A stretch of DNA of 64,000 nucleotides. Source: Parasitella parasitica NRRL 2501. Taxonomy: Eukaryota > Fungi > Mucoromycota. Under the pieces are notes generated by a model, which saw nothing but the letters and a program-made list of their open reading frames with translations, was not told where the DNA came from and ran no database searches. The stretch covers positions 1 through 64,000 of the forward strand of contig MU619318.1 in the NCBI GenBank assembly GCA_025201805.1, in the 5' to 3' direction. This document shows, piece by piece, positions 26,213 through 39,803 of the stretch. A program made the position numbers and the translations under genes. Every line of letters starts with the position of its first letter. Positions within the stretch are counted from its first letter, which is position 1.

Positions 26213-27760
26213 ATGGTTCATCGTATATCTATTCAATCTACCATCGCCTTGGTGATGGCTGTTGCCTCTGTCACTGTGAATGCTCAAGATACTTCAACCA
26301 CAACTACAACTACGACCACGTCCACATCTAGCCTCAGCGTTCCTGCTCAAGTATCGCCAGAATGGCTTAAAGATGTTGTACCCATTGCTGGCAATGTCAA
26401 GGAATATCCTTCAGGCGCAAATGCTTCAATTCCTACTGGACCTTTACCAACTGTCAACTTTACTGCCGCTGGCTATCCTGAAGGATGGAAGTCTCCTCCC
26501 ACTACATCCGCAGAAGTTCAGGCTGTTATCAACGCTCTTGACTGGTCAAAGGTATGCACCTTGCTTTGGAGTTGTGAATCCAGACACTAACTTTTGATAA
26601 TAGGTTCCTGGCAGTCCTGTACGTAAGGCTGATTCCAAAGGCGATCTTACTATGACCGGTTATAGTTCAAGCGATCCTGATTGCTGGTGGTCGGCTACTG
26701 GATGTGTCAAATCTAAGAATGCCTCTATCCCTCCTGATGTTGCTGCCTGCCCAACTGTAGGCGATTGGGGTTTGGTAATTGATATTGCAAATTGCGCCCT
26801 GATTCAATCATGCTAATTCTTCCACAGACTTACGATGACGGACCACTGACTTCAGACGCTGGCACTTGGGCTGAACCCAATCTTTATGATTTCTTGGCCA
26901 AGCAGAATCAGAAGGCCGGTTTGTTTTGTAAGTATCTCGCATATTGCCTGTCCAATTAAGTTGGTTCATGTACTGACGAATCATACATAGATATTGGTTC
27001 CAATGTCGTTGCAGCCCCTGCCGCAGCCCAAAGAGCATTAGCTGATGGTCATACTCTTTGCGTCCACACTTGGTCTCATCCCGCCATGACATCTCAGTCC
27101 AACGAGGCTGTTGTTGCCGAGCTCTACTGGACCATGAAGGCAATCAAAGAGGTCACTGGTGTCACTACTAAATGCTGGAGACCTCCCTATGGCGATGTTG
27201 ATGATCGTGTTCGCGCTATCGCATGGCAGATGGGCCTTACTACTGTTCTCTGGGACGAAGACACTGATGACTGGAACATGCCTGGCGATGGTGGAGGCAA
27301 CTTGAGTCCTGAAACTGTCGACGGCTATTTTGAAAACTGGATTGCCGCTAGAAAGAATGGCACTGATAACAAAACAGGCCATATCGTACTTCAACACGAA
27401 TTGAACAACGCTACCGTCTCGATGGCAGAAAAATGGCTTCCTCAAATCCAACAAGCCTTCAATGTTGTTCCTTGGAATCAGTGCTTTAACGTTTCTCAGC
27501 CCTACTGGGAAACATCCTTTGTCTACCCTATCGCAGATGGAAGTAGACCTGTAGATCCTGCTACTGCATCTACTTCATCGGTGGTTGCATCTTCTACTCC
27601 AAACCCAGCACAGCCTTCATCATCAACGTCTTCTAGCAATAGTATTTCTGCTGCTGGTGTTGCTGCCGCAGCAAGCGCAGGCTCTCGTAACACTATTATT
27701 TCTGGCTCTATTGCAACCGCTTTGAGTATGGTTGCCATAGCAGCTGCTTACGCTTTATAA
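26213..27760 (+). CDS. Chitin deacetylase (CE4/NodB) paralog, secreted, probably GPI-anchored; introns 26552-26603, 26775-26827, 26928-26990
   Basis: Signal peptide; TYDDGP, HTWSH, WRPPYGDVDDRVR, LWDEDTDDW, IVLQH; S/A-rich tail with a hydrophobic end. Confidence 0.93.
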
Positions 27761-28689
27761 GTTTAATTTATCTCTGCATTTATACACACATTGCAATTTA
27801 CTACAATTTCAATAAAAATCACTGTATTATAGTATCGTAAAATTACGGAGTGTTTCAATCAAATGTAAACAATCAATGCTTGGCTGCTGATCAGAAACCG
27901 CCGGGCACAACGATTTTGTTTGTTGCTGTAGTTGGTTTAGCACTGCAACAACGACTTTAATAAGGCTGTCGACAACCCCAATCTTGTATGCATCATATGT
28001 TTTGAATAAATATATATCTCTGTATTGTTTTGTGATCAAGTACAGAGTTGAAGCATTAGGCCAAGTTAAGAAAAACCACGCGAGTAATAAAGATGAGTTA
28101 AAACGTATTAGCCTTAAAAGTATATTTTGCCCAAATTCTGTGAAACTTTATAATATAATATGGCATATCTCATACATCCAAATTCGCGCTTCTTTTTAAC
28201 AATATTCGTATGTTGGCATGTATAATGGCATGTCAATTCCCGCATTTATACTAATAGAGAATTACTGTTTACTTATGTATAAGTATTATACAAAATCAAA
28301 AGGTATCCAAATACTATTTATAATACAAGCATCCTGTACTTTTTTTTTTAGACATGTTTGAGCAAAACAAAAAAAGCTCAACGTATCACCGAGACATATT
28401 GATGTACGACAAGCACTAAATAATATATATATTATGTATTGACATTTTACTTGGTTTTTCCACGTACTATTCGGTAATATAATAGATTAAAAAGGCTGAA
28501 TATGTGTACAGTCTTCGTGCAACTCTACGTATAGTGGCAGTAATTAGTACATCTTTCAAAAGGACAAGGACAAAGCCGTGGCGAAAAAAAAAATATATTT
28601 ATTTATACACATGCTGCAACATGTTAATCTCAAAAGGAAACTAAGCTAACGATTCACAAACAAGATAACGGGTGAATTCAGAGCTATCT

Positions 28690-30623
28690 TTATTGACGAA
28701 CAACATCCACGGAAAAGAGATTTGGACATTTGAGGGGACGCCTTTCTTCATCCATGTCGAACTTTTTGGAATTCACCTTCTTGTCCAGGCTATCGATGAC
28801 AGACATAACTGCTGGCGCATCCACTAACGGCGAGAACTTTTCAGGTAAAGTGATTCGCAAATGCATGGAAGGATAATTGCTAGCATCCTCGTTTTCAATT
28901 TCGTCATCATCGTTGCCATACTCTGAATCGGACTCATCGCTGCTGCTGGAAGACGAGTAGTCATAGTTGGATTCATGGATTTTAGGATGCACAATGGTAG
29001 TTAACGATAAGCCGCTTTCAATAAGTCCAACGCCTGGATGCAAAGGAGATACAGCGAACACTAGTTCCATCAGCCTTCCCACATATTTACAAACACTGAC
29101 TCCCCTGCGTCCAACCAACGCTTGCACCGTGTAAAAGATGGGGTCAGGGACAGCCCCACCCTGTCGGAAAGCCAGTAAGATGGCCAGAATAGCACGTTCT
29201 CGATGACTGATGCCGGGAACATTGGCTAACGGCCCGCCAGCTAACGGCATATGGAAGGCTACAAATGCTCGGGTTTCTTTGGGATAATGCGAAGTAAGGT
29301 TGGATAGATGAATGGCGGCAGGTAGGAGACGATGAAGTTGCAGGGGATGGAGTGGACCAAGATACAAGTCATGTAATGCGTTGGCTAAAATCGCATAAAT
29401 CGCATCGAATTCTGTAGATGACAGCGCAAAGTCGGATTGCGCAGCATATGCTTTTACTCCCTCCAGCAGAGGATCCTTTTGTTTCTCTTCTGCAGACAAT
29501 AGTAGTCGACAGAATCCTTGGCGCACTCCTCCCTCACTAAAGTACACTCTTCTAATCTTGAAAACATCCAAAATTGCACTGATGAGAAAGCAAGAGGCAG
29601 GAATCATACCTGCACGTCTTTTAGAAACGCGAAATACCTTGAGCTTCTTCATCAATTCATGTGGGGATTTGTGGCAATAGTGCTTTGACAGCGCTTTCAG
29701 CTCTTTTCCTGTGACGGAATAGCCGTTGATGATTGGAATTGGATACATGTGCTTCCGCTTAGTGCTTCTTTTTGGGAATATTGTGTCTTGCGCATTGACG
29801 GCCATGGACAGCCAGCCGATAGCTCTGAATCCACCCCCGCTCATATATACTTTGTATCCATCTTTATGTTTAAGTATGTCTGGAAGCTGTGCCTGATCGT
29901 GTGCCTTTTTCAGCTCACGGACTATTTCGTCGTACAAAGCTTGCACTTGCTTTTCTGAATCGCACTTTGCTAGTCGTCGTTTCAGAGCCGCGGCACCGTA
30001 AGGCATTGAAACAGGGTTCGATGAAACCTGTATATTATCACTCGTTGTATCACTTTGGACGCTTTCGTCAGCCATGGATGTGCTAAGAACGTAGCTGACC
30101 TCGACAGATCCGCCTCCGAGATCCATTGTGAGTCCATTTACATGGTTGAAAGAGCCTGACAACATCAAAGTGTCAGATTTCTTCTTCTTTTTGTTGCCCT
30201 CCCGCCCCCGCCCTCTCACATATATGACTTACCAACAATACCGGATGCCGAGATTAGTGCCTCTTGTTGCTTTGACAACAAAGAGACTGTCCACCCTGTA
30301 GCCTGATGAATTCTATCAATAAATTCCTTTGAGTTTGTTGCGATACGAGTTGCTTCGGTGGCAATGACGCGCACATTCTGTGGCTCTACATGAGCATCTT
30401 GGCACAGTTTTTTAAAACGCAAGAAACTAGTGATAACTTGATCGATAGTGTCTGAAGGAATAACCCCATCGTCGTCTTGTGCGTCGAGTAGTGCAATAGG
30501 TGCTCGTTCTTCATACGCTACTGGGAGATGACGTGCAAGGGCACTCACGATTCCGAAACGAATACCATTAGAACCCATGTCGACGACACCAAAAGGTGCC
30601 TTGATAGATAACTGTTCTGCCAT
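28690..30623 (-). CDS. RTG2: Retrograde regulation protein 2-like, Ppx/GppA (ASKHA) family; intron 30156-30232
   Basis: VVDMGSNGIRF, IATEATR, MDLGGGSVE, MSGGGFR, YPIPIINGY, RVSKRRA, FSEGGVRQG, GISHRERA. Confidence 0.85.
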
Positions 30624-31713
30624 ACTTTCTTGATTTCAGCTGCTGATGGGATGTGCTGAGAAAAAAAAAATTAAGGAAGAAAGAAAATGTACAAAAAGAC
30701 TGATTTAGTTTCAAGTGCTATTAAAAGGACATATCATATAGCCAACCAAAACATGTGCTGCAACACCGAGTGTGTGGCTAAATGCAATTGGCGGTAAGAG
30801 AGTAATGCGATGAATATTGCTAGAGCAGATAAATAAGGCCCTTTTTTTATTTTGGTCGATGAAAGGAGGGTATTCTGGGCTAAGGTATGTCCATAACTTG
30901 ATTATTTTTTTTAGCAAATAAACAACTTCAAATACTTGAGGAAACTCGATCCTGAAACTTGCATTGTAGCACAATAAAGGATAGACTTTGGCAAGTGTCT
31001 ATTGACCAGATCGAAGCTCTACAATTACCTAATTATAGGCAGGAGAGTACATTTCAAGTCCAAGCATGAGGTCGAATTTCTACAATTTTTAATGGTGTCA
31101 TCCATCGCCTTTTTGTCGATTCAAGCGCTGAGAAACACATCAAATTACTCCCCCAATGGTCGTAATTGGTATCTGATGTGTTTACAGGTGGAAAACAGGG
31201 TTGGTTTTCAACGATTTCCGCATGAGGGTCTAGAAGGATAATTTCTATTTTGTGCATTTCAACCCCCCAAAATGAGATTTTTTGGTTAAAAAAAAACAAT
31301 CGGGTACATACTAGAGTTACATAAAATTAACATTTTGGTTTCCTTGGCCTCAAATTGCTTCGGTAACAACTGCTTAAAAATTGTACCACGAGATGCGCAC
31401 ACAACACAATAAACTAATAAAATTCAGATTTATTCATGGTGAAATAGCTTAAGTGTACGCAATTGGGCTGGTTTGAATACGAAAAGAGTCTACTAAAATT
31501 ATAACGTTACATAGTTTTGCCATATTTGGTTTGGAGAGGCCTTACTGTAATGCAGGAATTAGCTGGAGGAATGATATTCACATTCCTTCAAGCCAATGTA
31601 GCTTTAAATTTAAAATGAGCAAAAAATCTTTATTAGATGCGGCAAATTTGTTATATACATGATGATATATGCGAAAGACAAAGAGAACAATTTACAATAT
31701 GGGGGGGTATACT

Positions 31714-33001
31714 TTAAGCGGAATTGCTTAAAGTAAGCCGTAAAGAGTCCTCGTCTTCATATTGTTGACGAGCAGCAACGGTATCACGCACAACTTGCAA
31801 TAGAGTATCAACACCTTCACGATCTATTTGATGGTGCAAAACGAGGCGAGCCTTGGTGCCCATACCACCCATTTTGATATTACGCTCTGCCATAGCGGGA
31901 ATAAGGTCGCGCTCAATCTGAATGCCAGCACGCTTAGTATCAATAAAGACCATGCTGGTATGAGTAGGGATTTGAAGATCAATACCCATCGCAACCAACT
32001 CGTTTGCCAAATATTTAGCAAGCTTATGAGTTTCCTTCATGGTAGGGACGATGTGATCTATACCGTATTGAGCAGCGGCAGCCATAAAACCAGCCTGTCT
32101 CCATCCACCACCAAAGAGCTTTCGATTGAAGCGAACACGGTCGATGAACTTGGCAGAGCCAACTACCATAGAACCAATAGGGGCACCTACACCCTTGGAT
32201 AAACAAAGGGACATGGAGTCAAAGAGCTTTCCATACTCCTTGAGAGAAATACCCGTTTCTTGAGAAGCATTCCACAGACGAGCGCCATCCAAGTGCATGG
32301 CGAGTCCACGATTGCGAGCCAAGTTGGAGATTTTGGCCATCTCTTCATAAGGAAAAATCATGCCATTGAGGGTATTTTCAAGAGAAACTACGCGGGTAGG
32401 AGCAGAGTAGATGTCTTCGCCCAACAGATTGTTTTCAATCTCTTCAGCAGTGATATGTATACCATTGGCACCGATGACAGGAGATACAGAGGCACGGGAA
32501 TGGACAGCGATTCCACCAGCTTCCCACAAAAAGACATGCGCACGGTGATCACAGACAACAGAGTGCGGAGGAGTTACCAAATGGGTACGGAGGGCCAGTT
32601 GGTTTGTCATGGTACCACTTGCACAAAAGAGAGCAGCCTCATGGCCAGTTAATTCGGCCATATGGTCTTGAAGGTCATTAACAGATTTGTCTTCCTACAA
32701 TGTCATTTATTTTTATTTTTTTAGCATGCATGTATATTTACAAACATTTGGTTGTGTTTGGACTAACCTGGAAGACATCATCGTTACGGGAAGCATTTCT
32801 CATGAGATCGAACATCTCATCAGTAGGAGCAGTAACAGTATCGCTTCTAAAGTCATAGAGTTTGGCCTTGGGATCAATGAGTTTGTGCTTCTCAGACAGG
32901 AGTGAAGAGGTATAGTAGGCTTGACGGGCCACAGTAGTGGAGAGTAAGCGACGAGGCACTGAGGGGCAGGATGAGGCAAGCAAGTTTCTAGCAAAGGACA
33001 T
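31714..33001 (-). CDS. GLY1: Low-specificity L-threonine aldolase (PLP-dependent); intron 32695-32768
   Basis: DFRSDTVTAPT, SGTMTNQLA, LENTLNG, HLDGARLWNA, SLCLSKGVGAPIGS (PLP lysine), RKLFGGGWRQAG. Confidence 0.93.
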
Positions 33002-33016
33002 GATATTACTATAAGA

Positions 33017-33070
33017 GGTTCCACTCTGTAAAAAAAAAGTGTTTATATGGTTCCACTCTGTAAAAAAAAA
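33017..33070. repeat. 22-bp direct duplication just upstream of the threonine aldolase ATG
   Basis: ggttccactctgtaaaaaaaaa at 33017 and again at 33049. Confidence 0.85.
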
Positions 33071-34760
33071 AATTTATTTAGGAATTTTTTTTTTAAATAT
33101 TTATATGAATTCAGGAAGTTTTTGACAGTGACAACTTCGTTTCATGGTTGGTTCCTGATGTTTAAAAACCATGCGTTTTCCCGTTGAAAGCAGTCAGTTG
33201 AATGACTCAGATTCACTAATTCTAGGGGGTTCTGCATCAATATACACAATTTATATTACTGAACTTGTTTCTCAGCCATTTACTTTGTTAGTCTGATAAG
33301 TGGTTGATTTGTAATCGATATTTACTGTATCAACAAGTATTCCACAAAGCATATCAACATTCCTTTGATTTTTTTACCATGGCTAAATTTTTGCCATCTG
33401 ATTGTTGATCTTACTTCAATTTTCCCGATTATATAATTTTCAGATGCACTTTGTGGGAGAATGAATAAGAAAACTTGGGACGTTCGAGTGGTTAGGCTAG
33501 ATATTCATTAGAGCGATTTTTGATGCACCAGTATGGAGCTTTCCGATATTTGATATCTGAGTTCAAACATTTTGCAATAACCTGAATTTCATTCAGGCAC
33601 GTCCGACTTGCCGGTCCGTGTTGGGTTTTTTTCGGTCGATCTTTTTGATTCCAGTGTGTGACATGACAACATTCGAAAAGGCTGCTGTAGTGTTGCGTGG
33701 ACCAATATTTACCTGATACAGAATTTGAGCTCAGCAATTATTCAATAACGAATATTATGACACACGACAGAGATATAAACAAAGTTACTAAAACTAATGG
33801 TTAACGGGATGAAGACTATTGTTTATTGTTTTGGAAAAGATATGATATAATACTTGATAATGGGGGGGAAGGTTTTGACCATCTGACTACTATATTGGAG
33901 GGGGGGGGTCAATTAAACTATATGGCAAACGCCACCACACAATAATACCATAACACCATAATACCAATATATAGTAAATTATGAGGAGTGCAACTCACAC
34001 TGGTGGTTAAATAATATGTTTATGGTTTCTCAGAAATATATTTACCAATATATCAATGCTAATACTGTCCTAAGATTAAAACATAAAAATAATACGGAAC
34101 ACTCGATAACAAGAACTATACGAGAACATTTTAAATTGTACTCGTAGTACATGGCACAAAAGAAAATCTAAAACAATGAATATACATCGTAAAGCAACAC
34201 AAATAGAAAGATTAATCCAGTCATAGATGAAACTTTTGAATGGACATCTTTCTTGTGATTACAAAAGGATCTTTTATTTATCTGTATACTTCATATACAT
34301 GCATACAGTAACGTGAACGTGAAATTAAAAAACTATGCATCTACAGTGAATTATCTATCTATTTGATTTTTTGTTTTGTTTTTTACACTATGTTGATAAC
34401 ATCTCGAGTTCAAGCTACACGGTGCATGGGTTTATATGTATGAATCTGATTGAAACAAAATAAGAGACATATAGAGTAGAACATATGGTAAAATAACGTA
34501 AATAAGATTGCAAAATCTCAAGACACTGATAAAGCCAAAGAATGTCTTGGGGAAGAAATCCTCTGAGCCCTTTTGACACAATCAAGAAGCTCCTGAAGGA
34601 ACTGAAAAAGGAAATTTTTGCCGAATGGTCTTGATTGGATTTATTCAAGCAAGGTATTCACTGTTTAACAATATCTAATGATGTGGATATTTAAATACTA
34701 CACTCTGTCCATTTTTATTCTACATTTCTCTCTTGTTTTTTTAAAAAAAAAGATTCTTAT

Positions 34761-35961
34761 ATGGATTGTCCAATTCACGAGAATGCATCACCTTATATCC
34801 AATGGATTTATGCAAGTATCTTGCTATACAAACAAAGATTTCAATGTCAATTGCTGATATATTTTAAATACATTTTATAGTCCATGTTTGGATCCTGTGT
34901 ATATGGCTATGCTGATGCGTTGAGTATCTTTTTAGGTTATGCATCTATATTCTGCTGGCTGAATGCTCAAGTTCCGTAAGTGTATACCGGGATACCTGTT
35001 CTAATGATGTGATATCAGTTACTCATTTTGCTCGTTATAGTCAAATGATTGAAAATTATAAATTAAAATCTGCAGATGGATTAAGCCTGTATCTCTTATA
35101 TTTCTGGCTAGCTGGTAAATATATATAACATATCTTGGATCTGTCTATTATTGACAGTATTTCAAATGTAACATTACATATATAGGCGACCTTGGAAATA
35201 TGTTTAGTTGTGTGCTGAATCACCAATTGCCTTTCCAGACCTATTTATCTGGCTATTTTGTTTCTACAGATCTCATCTTACTGTGCCAATATTTTTGCTA
35301 TTCAAACAACAGAAATGAAAAATCATTGTGTACCGATAAATTTAGTTCGCATGATCAATCAGATGAGTATAATCATTTTGACGAAGAATTTGTATTTCCC
35401 GAGGAATACGCTTGCCTGGAATCAACAAAAACAACAAAAGACGTTGGTTATGGTACAATAAACGGCAATTACTCCAGTAAAAAGACCTTGTATATGGGAA
35501 TGCTTCTCTTCGGATGCAAGCTTGGGATGGGATCGACCATTTCAACTTCTACTATTCAAGGGGGTTCTACACAAGTGGTTCAAAGCGCGATAACATTTGG
35601 TTGGGTGTTAGCCTGGGTGTGTACCTCATTTTACATTTTATCTCGCGTTCCACAGATCCACAAAAACCACAAACGACATTCTACACAAGGGCTTTCATTA
35701 GCTTTATTTAGTTTTGCAGTGTGTGGTAACATCACATATGCAGCAAGTATACTTTTCCATCCCGGTCGAACAACGGAAAGTTTCTTGGAATCGTTGCCTT
35801 ATCTGTCAGGCAGCCTAGGCACGTTATTCCTGGATGCTGTAATTTTCGGCCAGTTCCTTGTATATAGAAAGCAAAACAATAATGTTGTCAATGTTGGTGC
35901 TACTGTTGCTGTTACAAGAACATCATCCCTTTCCAGGATCCTAACATTTGAATCACAATAG
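34761..35961 (+). CDS. PQ-loop vacuolar cationic amino-acid transporter (YPQ/RTC2-like), 3 introns, the first GC-AG
   Basis: GYASIFCWLNAQVPQMIENYKLKSADGLS..WLAGDLGN, and a second PQ loop FYILSRVPQIHKNHKRHSTQGLS. Confidence 0.88.
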
Positions 35962-36399
35962 CGAGCTTTTCATAATGTATACACACATACACATATATAA
36001 ATTTATACCATCGATGCATTTGTAAATAAATACTTTCTCCTTTTAATCATACAAAAGGCTTTTCTTTTTCGTACTCCTTGAATCCGTTCCTCTCCTCTCA
36101 GATAGCAATTTGTTTGTATGCTCCTAAATATCTATTTTTATGTAAATTAATTGAACATGACTAAAACCTCTGCAGCTTACCGAGTCGGGTTTTGAGGCGA
36201 TCGTTTTGCGGTATTGTTACCAAATTATGTTTGTTTCTTTTTCTTCCCTTCTTTCTTTTTTCTTCATTTATGATTTATAGCTTGAATCTTATATAAACAC
36301 ACCTCCCCCCCCCCCCTTTTTATGCGTTTCTTTGTATATAAACATTGATTGTAGCATTTCATTTCTTTACCTTTTCCTCTCGTTTCTATTTATTTCTCA

Positions 36400-39281
36400 A
36401 TGACTGCATCCAACCTCTCAACAAACTTAGAAACATCGATCATTCAAATTATAAGTCGCTTTGGGAATTATGCGCCAAGAAAACTCACCAGATTGTTGTG
36501 GACCTTGCTGATCACAATTGGGCTGCTGTTTTCTACACATTTTCTATACGCTTATCAGTTTGATCGTGACATGGGCTCTTCAAAAGCCAACATAGTGATT
36601 TCGCAAAATCAGCAGTATCAGCAGCAGCAGCAGCATCCGTTTTACGATGTCGATTCATTGATCAAAGGTAAAAAAAAAAAAAAAAAAAAAAAAAAGCAGA
36701 TGTTGAATGCATTTCAAAAATCCAATGTCCGAGAAAACTAAAAAAAGATGTGTCGCATTGTTTAGGATCATTGACTCATTCAACCAGCACACAGGCAGGA
36801 CACAATGCGACCTATATCAACAGCCTGCTAATAAAAAACGACCTGTTTGTTGCCAATAACAATGGGCCAGTGGCGGATATCACTGTTATCTTGCAATGCT
36901 CAGACAAAGAAATGTCTAATATTAAAACTCAAATTCAATCTGTCTTAGCACAATCTGTCCAACCCAAACAAATCTGGATCCTCTGCCGCTCTATTAAACC
37001 CAGAAAATCTCTAGAAGCAAAGCTTGGAATCCATTCAATATCGTCTGCTAATAAGATCAAGGTCAAGATTATACCCTACGACGACAGCAATCAACACAGC
37101 AGCAGCAGCAGCAGCAGCAGCAGTAACGTTATGCTTGTGAGAGATGCCCCATTGCTGCTACTGCAGACTTTGGCCATCCCGACAGCCTACGTCTGGATAT
37201 TAGACCTAGACGCAATCCCTAAATCAGAGTATCTCCATTACACCTATGGACTGATGAATACAGAAGAGTACAAGCACAGTATGATAGGCTATGACACCTC
37301 CTTATTTTCCTCAAAGAATACACCTCCTCCTCATGTCACACAATGCTTGCGATCTAGTCAAATTGGAAAAAGCCGATCAGTAGACATGATACACAGCTCT
37401 TGGCTATTACGTACATCATGGCTACGTAGCTTGATAGCAGACTCTAACATTGGCGCATCGCAACTGCCACTTGGGTATTTCATCAGCAACACTTTACGGT
37501 ATAGAGCTGGGATTACGTCTGTTGTCATACCATCCTCCACAAAGCTACTCCTGAGCTCCGCATGTCAAAGATGGTTACAGAGCGGCGGTCCTTCTCATAT
37601 TCTCGATTCGGTTTACCCCAACGTAGCTGAACAGGAGCTGATATCTCAAGAAACACCCTCTAACCGTGTAGCAGTTCTACTAAATGGGCCTAATCACGCA
37701 ATCGCCCTGCTTCCCTTGATGTGCAGATTGTTCAACAATAAACAACACAATATACACATTATACTGACCAATGGGTTGACACACGGAGCGCTCCAGGACA
37801 CTTTCGATCAAAACCATTGCACGAATAGCCATCGCGCTATGATACATGACCTTACCCTAGCGTACAACAGTGGTGTATATTACGACGACAATGGTAGCAC
37901 TGCAGAACAAGAAACAGCCTACATTACACCTATCGCTAATTTAATCAGATTCATCCAACCCGATGTTTTAATTCACGTCAAGGCATCGAATACCTTTACC
38001 TACCACTCTGTAAAATCACTCGCTGAATTGCACAACATTGCTTCTATTGGTTTGCCAGCAAGAGATGTGCAGCATGCCCTTTGGATAGCAGACCTTTCAG
38101 TCAAGGCTTTAACTCGTAAGTTTTTTTTTATTTGGAAACTCTCCCCCCCCCCCGAAAAAAAAACAAAACAAACAAGCGTTTAACACAAAACTGTAACTGT
38201 AGATTGGAACGACGTAAAAATTGATTTGGCTGTTATCACAGATAGAAGACCCCGCTCGCTATCTCGTTTATTAGACTCTATAAACAATGCACACTATTTT
38301 GGCGACGAAAATGTCGAATTAGCTATCCACATGGAGCAATCTGCAGATCGTGAAACACGGACACTTGCACAAGGCTTCAGCTTTAAACACGGCGATAAGA
38401 AGGTGCGTCATCGCGTTCGGAAGGGTGGCCTCTTGCCTGCTATTGTGGAATCTTGGTATCCAAGCAATGACGATAACTACGGCGTGCTATTAGAAGACGA
38501 TATCGAGCTTTCCCCCTTCTTCTATTCGTGGTCTAAATACAACATCCTCAAATACCGATACGAATCCGAAAGCGCATATAGTCATATCTATGGTGTCAGT
38601 CTGTACTCTCCACGCAATCTAGAGCTGAAATCCGAAGGTCGTCGACCATTCAGCCCTGAGCCAGTGCTGGAGCAGGGTGGCTACTCAAAGCGAGCGCCTT
38701 ATGCCACTCAAATTCCCTGCAGCTGGGGTGCCGTCTATTTCCCTGAACATTGGAGAGAATTTCATACCTATGTTACTGAGCGTGTGGCCAAGGAAGAGCG
38801 ATACACTAAAGGCTACTACAACATCACTGTTCCCGGAAGCCGATCTGAAAGATGGAGTAAATCGTGGAAGAAGTATTTCATTGAGCTGGTCTACCTGCGT
38901 GCCTATGTCATGGTATACCCCAATTTTGAGAACTTTGAATCTTTCTCTACAAACCATCTTGAATATGGAACTCACGTGAAGCTAAAGAACAATGGACGTG
39001 CACAATCCAAAGTAGAGCAATTTTTGGTGCCTTTGATGCAGCAAGACACCATCCTCACTCAATTGCCTGACCATCATTTGCCTGATTTTGAGCATTTGCC
39101 CATAATGGATTTATGGGGCCGTATTCGCACATTATCAGAACTGGACCATGTAGGGTCTGAATGGCACACAAAAGTCTCTAATTGTAAAAGAAATCCTTCT
39201 GGTGTTTTTGATGCAAAAGATATTTTGTGTCCTTTTCCTGCAAATGTAGCCAAAAGCAAAAGCAAAGATATTACAAAGTAA
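36400..39281 (+). CDS. Membrane-anchored glycosyltransferase, GT2-like, with an additional N-terminal GT-A-like region; 2 introns
   Basis: N-terminal TM segment; SVLAQSVQPKQIWI..VWILDLDAIP; C-terminal RPRSLSRLLDS, GGLLPAIVESWYP, VLLEDDIELSP, QIPCSWGAVYFPEHWREFH. Confidence 0.8.
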
Positions 39282-39803
39282 ATCAGTATAGACTGCACCT
39301 GTATATCTTATTGTACATATTTACTTCAATTCTATATTTTTTGTTGTCTTTATATGAATAAAAATAGAATACATGCATATTACAATCATTATATTGCTAG
39401 CGAAGAAATACAGGGGTCGATGTCATGAAAGCAATCGATCACAATGAAGCATACACGGATACAGAATTTTTAGGAAGTTAGAAATAGAAATCTTACATTT
39501 GGATATAAATACTCTGCTCGTTCTTGAACATTTTGCTATATATTTTATTTTAATTTTCATATATAGGGATACAGTTATGATATTTCGTAATTGTGAGTCT
39601 ATCTCATTTCTTTCTCATGGATCTTTTTCTAGGCTTGTTTAACTAATTATAGGCTCATTGGAATTATTTTTGTAGAGGATAGGTTTGCTTTCCTTGATTA
39701 TTAAATCAAGGGTTCGTAATCTGTTTACTTTTCATAAAAAGGATTGTGCTAATAAGCTTCATTTATTAATTGATCTTCGAATTTTCCTTTTTGCGGCATT
39801 TTA

